Of a stretch of DNA of 64,000 bases, positions 38,516 to 52,187 are shown one piece after another (positions within the stretch are counted from its first letter, which is position 1; every line of letters starts with the position of its first letter). A program made the position numbers and the translations under genes. The notes beneath the pieces are model-generated. The model saw only the letters and a list, made by a program, of their open reading frames with translations. It did not search any database and was not told the origin of the DNA. Source of the DNA: Octopus sinensis (taxonomy: Eukaryota); NCBI RefSeq assembly GCF_006345805.1, contig NC_043004.1, positions 48,918,001-48,982,000 of the forward strand, in the 5' to 3' direction.

Positions 38516-38821
38516 TAACATTCATGACCATAGGTGAGGATAGTTTGCGAAAGCAAAATTGAAGATAACGAGTTTAGCTTTTTTGCCAACCTCTTATCTT
38601 CTGAGGATCGAATGCTGGTACAAGGCCAGCAACTTTGAATAGAGGATGCAAGTCAGTCACATCAATCCTCATTATTCGATTGATACTTTATTTTATGGAC
38701 CACGGTAGGATGAAAGGCAAACTTGACTTCAGCAGTATTTGAACTCAGAACGGAGAGATTCGAAAGGAATACCGCTGAGCATTTTGCCCGAAATGCGAAC
38801 GATTTTGCCAGCTTGCCTCCT

Positions 38822-39233
38822 TACTCTTACTCTTTACTCTCTTTTACTTGTTTCAGTCATTTGACTGCGGCCATGCTGGAGCACCGCCTTTAATCGAGCA
38901 ATTCGACCCCGGGATTTATTCTTTTGTAAGCCCAATACTTATTCTATCGGTCTCTTTTTGCCGAACCGCTAAGTGACGGGGACATAAACACATCAGCATC
39001 GGTTGTCAAGCAATGCTAGGGGGACAAACACAAACATACACGCACACATATATAAACATATATATACATATATACGACGGGCTTCTTTCAGTTTCCGTCT
39101 ACCAAATCCACTCACAAGGCTTTGGTCGGCCCGAGGCTATAGCGGAAGACACTTGCCCAAGGTGCCACGCAGTGGGACTGAACCCGGAACCATGTGGTTG
39201 GTAAACAAGCTACTTACCACACAGCCACTCCTG
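38822..39233 (-). mobile_element. SINE family 1
   Basis: Full-length reverse copy. Confidence 0.85.
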
Positions 39234-39789
39234 CACTTTAATTCATTAATTAATGATGGTTTCAAATTTTGGCACAAGACCACTAATTCTGGGCATAGGA
39301 CAAGTCGGTTACATCGACCCCAGTACTCGACCAGTACTTAAGGCAAAGTCGACCTCGGCAGAATTTGAATTCAGAATGTAAAGACGGACGAAATACCACT
39401 AAGCATTTAGCCCGGCGTGCTAACGATTTTACCAGCTTGCCTCCTTAATTCATTAATTAATAATAACCCCTATGATGTGACTTTTCTTAAGTTTAATTCA
39501 TTTTCATAAAACCCCAACTGAAAAGAAATTTCCAAATTTCACGTCCGATTTTAGCACCTTTGATTAATTTTTTCCCCCAGATTCTTCTCAGGACCCTTAT
39601 AGTGCATGAGAGTACTTAAATTTGGTGGCGTAATAATTACGATGACAATTGTGGTGGTGGTAGCTACGGTGTTGGTTGCTGGTGGTGCTGGTATTTAGCG
39701 GTTATGGTGATGGTGGTGGTAGCTGTGGTAGTCATGGTCACTGCAAGGCTCTTAAAATAACCACCCTCCCCCCCAATAATCCTATCAAC

Positions 39790-39990
39790 TAAAGGCACAA
39801 GGCGTGAAATTTTTGCGGAAAGGACTAGTCGATTTCATTGATCGCAGCGTTTCACTGGTACTTAATTTATCGACCCCGAAAAGATGAAAGGCAAAGCCGA
39901 CCCCGGCGGAATTTGAACTCAGAACGGAAGGACGGACGAAATGTCGCTACGCATTCTGCCCGGCGCGGTAACGATTCCGCGCGCTCGCCA
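39790..39990 (-). mobile_element. SINE family 2
   Basis: Same core; similar copies at about 38610-38820, 39250-39445 and 41760-41960. Confidence 0.75.
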
Positions 39991-40064
39991 CCCTGAACCC
40001 TGCTAATAATAAAAGTTTAAATTTCAACATAATATTCTTTGCAATACTGTGTATGTGTACGGCA

Positions 40065-40440
40065 ATGAGCTGGAAGAATCGATAGCACATCGGTCAAAAT
40101 GCTTGGTGGTATTTCGCCTGCCGTTACGTTCTGAGTTCAAATTCCGCCGAGGTCGACTTTGCCTTTCATCCTTTCGGGGTCGATTAAATAAGTACCAGTT
40201 ACGCACTGAGGTCGATATAATCGACTTAATCCGTTTGTCTATCCTTGTTTGTCCCCTCTATGTTTAGTCCCTTGTGGGTAGTAAAGAAATAGGTATTTCG
40301 TCTGTTTCTACGTTCTGAGTTCAAATTCCGCCGAGGTCGATTTTGCCTTTCATTCTTTCGGGGTCGATAAATTAAGTGCCAGTTGCATACTAGGGTCAAA
40401 CTAATCGACTGGCCCCCTCCCCCAAAATTCAGGCCTTGTG
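40065..40440 (+). mobile_element. SINE family 2 (MetaSINE-like central domain) with a duplicated core
   Basis: gttctgagttcaaattccgccgaggtcgactttgcctttcatcctttcggggtcgat occurs twice; resembles the Meta-domain SINE core (from recall). Confidence 0.7.
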
Positions 40441-42085
40441 TCTAGAGTAGAATAGAATACTGTATGTGTGTGTGTGTGCGCGCGCGTGTATGTAAAGCGA
40501 ACTTCTTGGCCACATAACCATACCTGCAGCCTTTTAGCATTTTTTTAATGAAGTAGCATATAGGTAAATGCGATAGGGTTTCGATTTCTGGTTTGGTGTA
40601 ATGCATGAACGTTAATTCAGTAAACTCTCCGTCTAATACTGCCATCCATTAAATTGGTGTTATTTACAATCAGTAAAAAGAATAAAAATAAGAATCCCCA
40701 TTTGTCTGTTTACAAGTGAGTACCCGCCTCCCTTGCAAGTATATCCTGTTTACCGCCATCCGTCAATCAGAGTTTACCAAAAGAAGGATGTGAAACACTG
40801 CCAACAGGACATGTCACCCATCCTATTTTTATGGAAAACGACTGAAACCATAGAACATAAAAAAAATTCCTTCCTGAAACCCATTGTAGCAGCCCGTCTG
40901 AGAAAGGTATAGAGCGGCTGCAGCAGCGAATATCTCTGGCCGTTCTCTGCAGCAACGACGTCGCAGTCATTACGGCGGCGGTGCAGCCGAGGACACCGTT
41001 CGTTCATCTCCTTCCATCTTCTGGCGTTTTACACCGCCATCTTTTTTCTTTTTTTTTCCCCCCTGTTTTCTTTTCTCTTTCTGTGTGTCTGTATTTAAAT
41101 GTTATAATTTAAAATGTAATCTGCTGAATTGACTATAGAAATAAAGCGGCTTTTTTTTATACCTTTGATCTTTTTCGTGTTTCAGTTATTATTAGACTGC
41201 GGCCATGCTAGGGCATCGCGTTCAAGAATTTTTAGTCGAATAAAAAAAAAAAAAACACCAGTACTTGTTTCATTCTTTTTTTTTTTAAGCCTGATACTTA
41301 TTCTATCGGTCTCTTTGCTGAACCGCTACGTCACGGGGACGTAAACACTCCAACACCAGTTGTCAAGCGGTGGTGGTGGGGACAGACAGACACACACACA
41401 CCTGACGGGCTTCTTTTAGTTTCCGCCTCCAAATCCACACAAAAGGCTTTGGCCGAATAAATAAAATATATATATCCTCGGTATTTAATAGATCAATTGA
41501 TAATACATCGACTAACTCCTGTACATTATTACAACACAGTAAACTTAAGTATTTACACACACACAAGACTTTTATCTAATTAAACTGACCTTATTAGCTG
41601 GAACGTGGGGTGAGCGAATCCAACGACAAATTCTTCAGTTGTGTAGCGGTGTTAAGAACGAATTCCTCCAAAGTAGAATGCAAAAACACTCGTAGAAGAG
41701 ACAAGTGCTGGATTTGCGATTTTAACTTGAAGTTCTTTTACCTCAAAATAAATAAATATTGATTTCAAATTTTGGCACAAAGTCACCAGTTTTAAGAAAG
41801 CGGTAAGTCGATTACTTCGACCCAAGTGTTATCACCCCCCCCCCCAAAGGAAAAAGGGTGAAAGGTAATATCGACCTGGGCGGTATTTGAACTCAGAACA
41901 AGAAGAAATACCAAAGAGCAGTTTGTCCAGTGACAATTCAGCCAGACTACCGCCTTAAATAAATGAATAAATTAATAACGAACTGCTAATTGTAAGAGCA
42001 CAGAGGAAAAAGCCTGCATTCTACTTTCAAAAAGATTAATTGTGATTGGATTAGCTTTGATAAAACCAAATTGGCCTCTGTTTTG

Positions 42086-42523
42086 GGATCTTTTCGGTTT
42101 GAACAGCAGTTTTAACATAATTTCTAGGTAACTGAACACTTTTAAACTTCGTATACTAGTAGAATGTGCCTATAAAACATCTTTTTCTCTTGGCTTTATT
42201 GAGAAAATTCTATAGTTTGTAAGATATTTGTTGTTGTTTTTCTTCTTCAATTTCTGCAATTTCAACCAATCACTGACGTGTATTGAGGTAAAAAAACATT
42301 CTGTGCCGTATGAATATGTCCCTCGTTTAAGAAACAGATTGGGTTTATTTACATTTCTGAAGAAAAAAAGATACCCTTCCCTCCACCCCTAACCCTAACT
42401 AACCCAAACTAACCTTAACCCTAAAACAGATTGAAATGCAATAGATCGATACTAGGGTCATAATTATGGGTGACAATTTCATGATACCGCTAGAAAAAAC
42501 TGCCGTTCAAACCGAAAAGATCC
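42086..42523 (-). mobile_element. GGATC MITE copy
   Basis: Same TIRs; TSD CTGTTTTG/CAGTCTTG (6/8). Confidence 0.88.
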
Positions 42524-43024
42524 CAGTCTTGTGCTGGAGAAGCTTTACGTAAGACAAACATTACACACATTATGATTTATCTTAGTGGTACGCTGCAAGG
42601 AGCATCTAGGATAGGCTCGGGCGAGCTTTTTTGAGAAGCGGGCCGCATGAGACATGGCTAATCATCAGATCGGCCACACTACCAAAGAAAATTCAAGGTA
42701 AATTTTTATTTATTTATTTATTTTGTTAAGCGTTCCATTCAGAAACCAAAGGTTGCCCTTGCTTGATTTTGGGGCTCTGCAGATTTATGAAAATATAATT
42801 TAAGGTTTTAGAAAATGTTTATGCTTGAGCCTCTTGATAAACATCGTTATTAATAATTTTGTTCCACACAAGTATAATGATACTGACACCATTAAACGGA
42901 GAATTCTTCTTCCTTCACTTCTGGAGGAATAGATGTCATCAGACAGTATCTAACGCTCAGGAGACGATGAGCAGTGGCGACCAAATTACGGCTCATCTAC
43001 TTTACCTTCTTCCCATATACATAG

Positions 43025-43250
43025 GATTCTTTTCAACACTATGCATAAGGCCCGAAATTTTGGGGGATTGGGCCAGTCGATTAGATCGACTCCAGTACGC
43101 AACTGGTACTTAATTTATCGACCCCGAAAGGATGAAAGGCAAAGTCGACCTCGGCGGAATTTGAACTCAGAACGTAACGGCAGACGAAATACCGCTAAGC
43201 ATTTCGCCTGGCGTTCTAACATTTCTGCCAGCTCACCGCCTTCCAGATAC
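43025..43250 (-). mobile_element. SINE family 2
   Basis: Near-consensus core with intact CpGs. Confidence 0.8.
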
Positions 43251-44029
43251 GGAGAATTGAAGAAATGATCCATATTAGACAAAACTGTGATCCAGTCTTG
43301 CTGATTTAGCGTTTCATATACTTGACACCGTTACTTTAAGTTCACGCAGTGAAGTTGGAACATTTAGTTTCGGAGAAACAATTTGGTACGAGCTTTTGTC
43401 AATACATTTAGGTGATGCATTCGACAGACGATTCAGTAAAATTTTTGAAATGCTCTTGCTGTCTTTCCAGTATGGCATTTTTTTTCGATGAAAGTAGGAT
43501 TTTCACCCTCGTATTTAATTGGCACTGTTCCCATCTTTGTGTGACCAAAGAGCTTTCAAATATATTCGAAGAAATTTTCTTGGAAGAGTGATTCATTCTT
43601 AAATCGACGATACTTGATGTCGCAAAAGAAAATCTTGACTCACATCAGAGACAGTAAGTAAGGCGATTGGTTTGCCGAAAACGATCGCATAACAAAAGCT
43701 TTAATTGCTGAGAGAAACGGAAAAGCTAAATTTGACAAAAGAAAATAATCCGAATTCCAAAGTCAAAGACAAGAGTTTATTGATAATTGCTAGCCTGGGG
43801 CTAAATAACACAACTCATCATCATCATCATCATCTTTATCATCATTTAATTACTACAGCTATTAGTAACACCGTCATGAAAATCACTTCATCCCCCACAA
43901 CTCATCACCGCTGTCTGAACTACCGCAGCCACAGCAATTGCCATTGGTCATCTTAACTTCCACAGCCATTAACACAGACCCAACCCTCCACAAGCAACAC
44001 TGACCCTACTACTACTAACCACCACCGCC

Positions 44030-44058
44030 GCTGCCACTACTACTACTACTAACCACTG

Positions 44059-44104
<46 letters not shown>

Positions 44105-44127
44105 CACCACCACCACCACTACTACTA

Positions 44128-44176
<49 letters not shown>

Positions 44177-44225
44177 CACCACTACTACTACTACTACTAC
44201 CACAACTACTACTACTACCACCACC

Positions 44226-44265
<40 letters not shown>

Positions 44266-44450
44266 TTGTCATAACCAATTTTTCCACTACCATTACCATC
44301 TTCGTAACCACCAGTAACATCATGACCATCGCTGTCACCACCGCCACCACGGCTGCCTCCACCATCACCACTTCCACCACCACCACCGTCATACCTATCG
44401 CTGCCACAACGACCACTATTAATACCACCACCGTTACCACAACAACCTGA
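44030..44450. repeat. (ACT)n/(ACC)n compound microsatellite
   Basis: Direct inspection. Confidence 0.9.
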
Positions 44451-44754
44451 TATTATCGGTGTTGTTGCCGGTGTTGGTGACTGTTGTGGTTTTGGTGATG
44501 GTGGTGACCTATTGATGTTGTTTTAATCCCCGGCCAGCTCCTTATCGAGATGACTTTGCTCAATGGTGCTTCGGTGATGACCATCCCAACTTTTCATATA
44601 TCAGGAACAAAGCACGTCTTCTCTTTTTCAGGACGGTCGGCTGTGACTGAGGAAGATGGCAACCGCGTACAAGCTTCCTCGTGGCATCCAAGAATTTGAA
44701 CCTGGAGATCTCCATTTCTAACGACTTCGAGGGCCACCTCCCAGTGGTGTCGGG

Positions 44755-45025
44755 TATCTAATTTATTGATCCCGAAAGGCTGAAAGGCAAAGTCGACCTC
44801 GGCGGAATTTGAACTCAGAACGTAAAGACAGACGAAGTACCTACTTCTTTACTACATACAAGGGGCTAAACGCAGAGGGGACAAACAAGGACAGACAAAC
44901 GGATTAAGTCGATTACGTCGACTCCAGTGCGTAACTGGTACTTATTTAATCGACCCCGATAGGATGAAAGGCAAAGTCGACCTCGGCGGAATTTGAACTC
45001 AGATCGTAGCGGCAGACGAAATACA
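44755..45025 (-). mobile_element. SINE family 2 (two core copies)
   Basis: Same core twice. Confidence 0.75.
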
Positions 45026-45617
45026 AGACGACCAAAGTTTTTTTTTTCCCCCCAAGGTCTGGGGTCTCCCGCAGCTAAGCCCTAGACCATCACCTAATCA
45101 CTCTTACCCGTCTTGTTGCTTAACAACAACAACAACAAAAGCTTCCTCGTTGTTGTTTTTGTTGTATTTTAGCTGCCATGTTAGCCCTGATCAAGCAGAC
45201 CTATGATCAGAGGCAATCCAGCTGTAGCTATCTGGTCTTGGCGATGCTTCGGTATAGGTACACACGTGACTTTGTTTACATTTCTGAAGATAACAGAAAC
45301 CCTTCACCCCTAATCATAACCCTCCCCCATATAAAAAAAACACACTTTCTTGAAATGTATCCGGTACTTCCGGTACTTACACCGGTACATATACCGAAGT
45401 TACGCCCTGGTCTTTTCCCTTTGTACAGAAACAGAAGCTTACATTATGCGGCGTATCCTTTGTTAAAACGACAGGGAGTTGTGATTTGAGACAGATTTGA
45501 CTAACTTTTCTAGCAACCGAGCGACCACATGTGGATTCCCTTGTAGGTTGGGATGGTTATGGTGACGTTGGTATTGATATGTTGAGAGTCGTTTTGAAAG
45601 TGATATTTCACAACATA

Positions 45618-45833
45618 CGAGGATGTGCTGAAAAGTTCCGGGCTTTAAGGGTATCATGGAAGGCCTAGTTGGAGGCCCAACCTTTCCGAGTTCTTTTACA
45701 GGGCTTAGAAAAACTGAAGGACCGCTGCAATAAGTGTGTGCATCTGAGAGGGGAATATGTTGAATAAAATCATAATTAACTGATCCTCCGACATTTTCGT
45801 TTCACCAAAACCAGAAACTTTTCAGGACCCTCG
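45618..45833 (+). mobile_element. Mariner-derived MITE retaining the transposase C-terminus
   Basis: TA|CGAGG..GCTGAAAAGTT TIRs; internal frame FFLQGLEKLKDRCNKCVHLRGEYVE* matches a mariner C-terminus. Confidence 0.8.
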
Positions 45834-46225
45834 TGTGTGTGTGTGTATACTACCATAACTATCACAGCTGCTACAATCAATATTTTGTACGTATGTATGT
45901 ATGTGTGTGTGTATGTATGTATGTATGTATGTATGTATGTATGTATGTATGTATGTATGTATGTATGTATGTATGTATGTATGTGTGTATGTATGATGTA
46001 TGTTTGTATGTATGTATGTATGTATGTACGTATGTATGTGTGTGTATATGTGTGTGTATGTATGTATGTATGTATGTATGTATGTATGTGTGTATGTATG
46101 TGTGTGTGTATGTGTGTGTGTATGTATGTATGTGTGTATGTATTTATGTATGTATGTATGTGTGTATGTATTTATGTATGTATGTATGTATGTATGTATG
46201 TATGTATGTGTGTGGTGTGTGTGTG
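45834..46225. repeat. (TATG)n/(TG)n microsatellite
   Basis: Direct inspection. Confidence 0.9.
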
Positions 46226-46616
46226 TATCTATGTGTTTGTGTTTGTCCCCACTACCGCTTGACAACTGGTGTTGGTTTGTTTATGTTCCCGTAACTTAGC
46301 GGTTCGGTAAAAGGATTCTGAAAGAATAAATACGTATCAGGTTTTAAAAAGAAAAGTCCTGGGGTTGATTTGCTCGACCAAAGCACTCCAAGGCAGTGCC
46401 GCCGCCGCATGTCTGCAGTCCAATGACTGAAACAGGTAAACGATAAACAGACGAAGGATAGTCTTTATCAGTTTGTCAAGATTAAGAGCGTGTGGCGGAT
46501 AAGCTGGTGCGAGACCCTGGACACACAGCACTTTTGTGTGACACTAGAGAGAAACATTAACAATACCGAGGTGAAAGATGTGAAAATAACAGAGGTAAAC
46601 ATTGGACACAAATATT

Positions 46617-47012
46617 GGATCTTTTCGGTTTGAACGGCAGCTTTTTCTAGCAGTGTCATATGAAATTGTCACCCATAATTATGACCCTAGTATCGATCTA
46701 TTGCATTTCAATCTGTTTTAGGGTTAGGGGTGGGGGAAAGGGTATCTTTTTTTCTTCACAAATGTAAATAAACCCAATCTATTTCTTAAACGAGGGACAT
46801 ATTCATACGGCACAGAATGTTTTTTTTTACCTCAATAGACGTTATTGATTGGCTGAAATTGCAGAAATTGAAGAAAAAAACAACAACAGATATCTTACAA
46901 ACTATAGAATTTTCTCAATAAAGCCAAGAGAAAAAGATGTTTTATAAACACATTCTACCAGTATACGAAGTTTAAAATTTTTTAGTTACTGCCGTTCAAA
47001 CCGAAAAGATCC
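46617..47012 (+). mobile_element. GGATC MITE copy
   Basis: Same TIRs; TSD CAAATATT/CAAATTTT. Confidence 0.9.
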
Positions 47013-48023
47013 CAAATTTTTATTACTCCATAATGTATCCTTAATAATGTGACAGTATCTCAATGATGATGACGACGAGGAAGCGAAGCTGGATATCAAT
47101 GAAAAGACATATCGCCAGATAAATATATTTTCCGATCACAATTCATTTCCTCGCCAGTCCACGTTTAAATTTGCTTAGTTCATTAATCTGTGAAATATTA
47201 AAAATTTAATTAAAATATCAGTCTTATACAAATGAATGAGAAAAAATTAATAAATCTATGTAAAAGAGCAACAATTTTAAAATCAAATCCTCTATTAATG
47301 GAGATATTTATGGATGGTAGCCATACTCATAAATTGTGGCTTTGTCAAGTTACTTCTACTAAATATAGGTTGAAAAAACAAACTATATATAGTTGCTACG
47401 TTTGCAACAAAAGGGTACTTTAAAGTTCAGTGAAATATAGTTATGATATTAAAGGAACATCTTACCGACAATACTGAACAATCTCAGGATCTGAAATAGC
47501 TACAGTGAAATTAAAGCTATATCTTCGCTTTTAAAACGAGTATTTATTGACGAAAATACTCTGACATGCCGGTATGATAAATGGATGTAACATTTTGTAT
47601 TCTTATCAAATAAATCTATTCGACCTAAAGTGAAGAGGCATTACTTTTATGCCTAAAAATCTAAACTGGTATACATGCATACATGCATACATGCATGCAC
47701 GCATGCATGCACACATACATACATTCATACATACATACATACATACATACATACATCATACATACATACATACATACATACATACGTACATACGTACGTA
47801 CGTACGTACGTACATACATACATACATACATACATACATACATTATTAAGGTGGTTATTCGCAATTTACAACCGAAAGGTACCAAGTATAGTTGTAACTA
47901 AAGAGACTGAGGTTGCTAGTCAACACCAGCATTGCTAGAAATAAGAGTCAAAACAACTCATAGCCACATGAGAGCACTTTTCTAATGATCCACAAGAGAG
48001 ACAAGCTTTCTACAGCAAACGAG

Positions 48024-48080
48024 ATGGAGTCAGATATCAGCGTTGATTTCAGATTTGATTAATCTTCATCAGTGACCCAT
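48024..48080 (-). ncRNA. Type I hammerhead ribozyme motif in a probable Penelope-like element fragment
   Basis: Minus strand: AUGGGUCA-CUGAUGA-AGAUU(AAUCA)AAUCU-GAA-AUCA(ACGC)UGAUAUC|UGAC(U)CCAU. Both core boxes and three helices are present in the correct order. Confidence 0.7.
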
Positions 48081-48178
48081 TTAATCGTTGCCGAGGGTTA
48101 AAGAACCTGACATACCTTGTCGGTCTTATAGAGAACAGATATATAAAGGTAAGGTCCAACGATCATGGTGTAGGAAGT

Positions 48179-48571
48179 GGATCTTTTCGTTTTGAACGGC
48201 AGTTTTTTCTAGCGGTGTCATATGAAATTGTCACCCATAATTATGACCCTAGTATCGATCTATTGCATTACAATCTGTTTTAGGGTTAGGGGTAGGGTAT
48301 CTTTTTTTCTTCACAAATGTAAAAAAACCCAATCTGTTTCTTAAACGAGGGACATATTCATGTTTTTTACCTCAATACACGTCAGTGATTGGTTGAAATT
48401 GCAGAAATTGAAGAAAAAACAACAACAAACATCTTACAAACCCTAGAATTTTCTCAATAAAGCCAAGAGAAAAAGATGTTTTATAAACACATTCTACCAG
48501 TATACGATGTTTAAAATTTTTTAGTTACCTAGAAATTATGCTAAAAACTGCCGTTCAAACCGAAAAGATCC
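48179..48571 (+). mobile_element. GGATC MITE copy (no TSD visible)
   Basis: Same TIRs and body. Confidence 0.85.
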
Positions 48572-48859
48572 CACATAATTAAGGTATCTTTGGCATGAAG
48601 ACTAGCTCGTTTGGAGAATTTACTGCTTCTGAGGTCCCGCTAGCTGTGAAACATGTAGCCTGGATTTTATCAACTTCATTCCCTAATTTTTGAAAACACA
48701 AACACACACACTGTGGGGATGCAAAAGTTGGTATATAGTAAGTATCATATCAATGTTATAATACTTAATTTATTAAAATCAAATTAGTTAGACTCATTTT
48801 TGATATTTTCAGTGTCATTAATCATAATAATAAATTTATCATAACCGTAATAATACTTT

Positions 48860-49248
48860 TGTGGTAAGTAGCTTGCTAACCAAAGACATGGTTCCGGGTT
48901 CAGTCCCACTGCATGGCATCTTGGGCAAGTGTCTTCTGCTATAGCCCCGGGCCGACCAATGCCTTGTGAGTGGATTTGGTAGACGGAAACTGAAAAGAAG
49001 CTTGTCGTATATATGTATATATATATGTACGTGTGTGTGTTTGTGTGTCTGTGTTTGGCCCCTAGCATTGCTTGACAACCGATGCTGGTGTGTTTGCGTC
49101 CCCGTCACTTAGCGGTTCGGCAAAAGCGACCGATAGAATGAGTACTGGGCTTACAAAGAATAAGTCCCGGGGTCGATTTGCTCGACTGAGGGCGGTGCTC
49201 CAGCATGGCCGCAGTCAAATGACTGAAACAAGTAAAAGAGTAAAGAGT
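48860..49248 (+). mobile_element. SINE family 1
   Basis: Near full-length copy. Confidence 0.85.
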
Positions 49249-49342
49249 AATTTTGTTTTGATAAAAATAAATAAGAATTGTACGTGTTTTCTTTTTTCAT
49301 AACTGCATACCTACATTTGTACCACCCCGTATACATATGTAT

Positions 49343-49409
<67 letters not shown>

Positions 49410-49576
49410 AAGTGAGATAGGGGTTGTGAGTGTAACCCTCTATGGGATAATATATATCCAATATACTGCCAGTAAAGCACCCAGAAATGCTAATACATAA
49501 TGCTTATAATTGCAATGCAATTAATTCATTTATTGTATGATATGGGCGAAAGTAAAATGTTTTACCTCAATTCATA

Positions 49577-49697
49577 ATACAAAATAAGAAAATGGAGGAA
49601 TATATTTTAATCAGTCATCAACTACCAGATAATACCAGGTATTATCTGGTAGTTGATGGTTGATTAAAATATATTCCTCCATTTTCTTATTTTGTAT
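49577..49697. repeat. Near-perfect 121-bp palindrome (60-bp arms, 1-nt spacer)
   Basis: Arms 49577-49636 and 49638-49697 differ at only two adjacent positions. Confidence 0.95.
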
Positions 49698-49895
49698 ATA
49701 TATATATATATAATACAAAATGGGACACCAAAACATCCAGATAAACAAAGACGGGTCATTCGAAGTTTTCTTTCCTCAGTCAAGTACCAGATTATCTTCG
49801 CAATTTCGGCTGATTATACTTGAGATTGTTCCAATATGGCCAGCCCCAAGGAAAAACTAAGCCAAGAGCATTAGATTCCTTGGAAGAAAGCAGCG

Positions 49896-49926
<31 letters not shown>

Positions 49927-50159
49927 CATACATACATACATACATACATAAAAACCGGTATTTCGGAGAGCCTGGCCACATTACGGGGAATGATTATTAA
50001 AGACATCCTCATTTGCTGATAGGTAAGAAATCATATAGATGATGATGATGATGATGATGATGGCAGTTTCTTTGTGCCTGAAGAGCACGAGGAAAAGCGG
50101 CAAGCCATTGGAGTGGCTATTTAAACTGATCTTTGAACAAGCTCTGGCGCACTTGGGGC

Positions 50160-50395
50160 AAATATATATATTTCTTTATTACCCACAATACTAACAACAC
50201 TAACAGTGATTTCAAATTTTGGTACAAGGCCAGAAATTTTAGGGAAGAGGCATAGGTCGATTACATCGACCCCAGTGCTCAACTGGTACTTATTGTAATG
50301 ACTCCGAAAGGATGAAAGGCAAGGTCGAACTTGGCGAAACTTGAACTCAGAACGTAAAGACGGACGAAATAGCGCTATGCATTTTGTCCGGCGTG
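50160..50395 (-). mobile_element. SINE family 2
   Basis: Same core. Confidence 0.7.
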
Positions 50396-51379
50396 CCTTA
50401 AACAACAACACTAACATTACCATTAACCCGCCCCCACCCAGTGTTTGATTTTTAACCAATAAAGAAAAAAAAACTATAATCAGTGATTGGTGATGGTCAT
50501 TGTAGTCTTGGGTAGAAAATGAATACTAATTACCTGTAGAATGCCAAATTCTAAGATTTGCAGGAAAGAATAAATTCAGAGTATTATCACATTTTCAACG
50601 ATATGTAATAATATTCTTAGCAATGAAAACTTGCAAGAGAGATAATTTAAACAATTATATTTATTTGAATGAATGTTTTGTCTTTTGCAGACAAATATTT
50701 TACTATTGAGGAAAAAAATATTAAAATAAATAAAATAAAAATAAAAAAGATAAAAAAATGTTTATTCAATGTGAGATGCACAGGCTTCTCACCAAAAAAT
50801 GAATTTTCTTTCTGAATCAAGCAAATGGAATTACTGTGAAATAATGGATAGAAATATGCGGTGAGAATATAGTAACGTAGCGAAAGTCATGAAAATTAGT
50901 TGTGTTCGATGTGTAGCTGGAGAGAACCTGGGGATCCCTACACAAATATGCCTCAGATGCCAACCCTGTTTCCTCGAAGAGTAACTTGCAGAAAATGGAT
51001 CAAGCTTTTAATGAAATTTTCTGTGGCAAAGAAGCTTGCTTCCAACCACATGGTTCCAGGTTCAGTCCCACTGCGCCACACCTTGGACAAGTGTCTTCTA
51101 CTATAGTCTTGGACCGGCCAAAACGCTGTGAGTGGATTCGGTTGACGGAAACTGAATTTGTGTGTGTGTGTATCCTCGTGTCTGTGTTGGACGTGAGGGT
51201 GAGGATACACCCTTGTGTATGTATGCTGACACAGTCTCCTTCAAAACACTAAGGCGTCTGTATTGCACCGTCAATACACTGTGTTACAGGACAACATCTC
51301 TGAGCAATTGGAGGTCAAGAAGAATAGGAGTGTAGTCGACTAGGAGGGCTGTTATAGATTATTATAATTTGGATTAGAG

Positions 51380-51632
51380 CAGTGGTTCTCAACTATTTTC
51401 TTCCTATAGACCCCTTTGGTTCCTAATTTATCCTCCTGGACCTCCATAGCCATTCAGTGTATAAAAAAAATCCGACTGTATTTTTATAATTAAATATTAG
51501 GAACAGAATAAAAGAAAATTAAATACTTTTTGTATTGTAGAAGTATAAGAAATTTATTGTGCATAAATTTTAACAAAGAAATCTTATATCAACCCTCACA
51601 GGCACCATATGGAACCCAGCTGAGAACCATTG
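51380..51632. mobile_element. hAT (Charlie-like) MITE
   Basis: TIR CAGTGGTTCTCA.../...TGAGAACCATTG; 8-bp TSD GATTAGAG/GCTTAGAA. Confidence 0.75.
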
Positions 51633-51809
51633 GCTTAGAAGCACAGGCGTTGCTGTGTAAGAAGTTTGCTTCCCAACCGTATGCTCTTGGGTTCACTCCC
51701 GTTGTGCATTACTTTGAGCAAATGTCTCCTACTATACTCTCGTACCGATCACAGCCTTGTACGTGGATTTGGTAGACGGAAACTGAAAGACGCCTGTCGT
51801 GTGTGTACT

Positions 51810-52005
51810 CTTTCACTTGTTTCAGTCATTTGACTGTGGCCATGCTGGAGCACCACCTTTAGTCGAGCAAATCGACCCAAGGACTTATTCTTTATAAGCC
51901 TAGTACTTATTCTATCGGTCTCTTTTGCCGAACCGCTAAGTTACGGGGACGTAAACACACCAGCATCAGTTGTCAAGCGATGTTGGGAGGATAAACACAG
52001 ATGCA

Positions 52006-52041
<36 letters not shown>

Positions 52042-52154
52042 TATATACGACGGGCTTCTTTCAGTTTCCGTCTACCAAATTAACTCACATGGTTTTGGTC
52101 TGTCCAAGGCTATAGTAGAAGACACTTGCCCAAGGTGCCACGTAGTGGGACTGA

Positions 52155-52187
<33 letters not shown>

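Noticed and set aside
46450-47180. Met-less open frames around the 46617 MITE (FVKIKSVWRISWC...; YLNDDDDEEAKLDINEKTYRQ...) as exons
   Set aside because: No family match that I recognise, weak acceptors, and the two pieces do not join in frame once the MITE is removed.
49750-49800. CTGAGGA...CGAAT on the minus strand as a third hammerhead
   Set aside because: It lacks GAAA with an A15.1-U16.1 pair and has no helix I complementarity.
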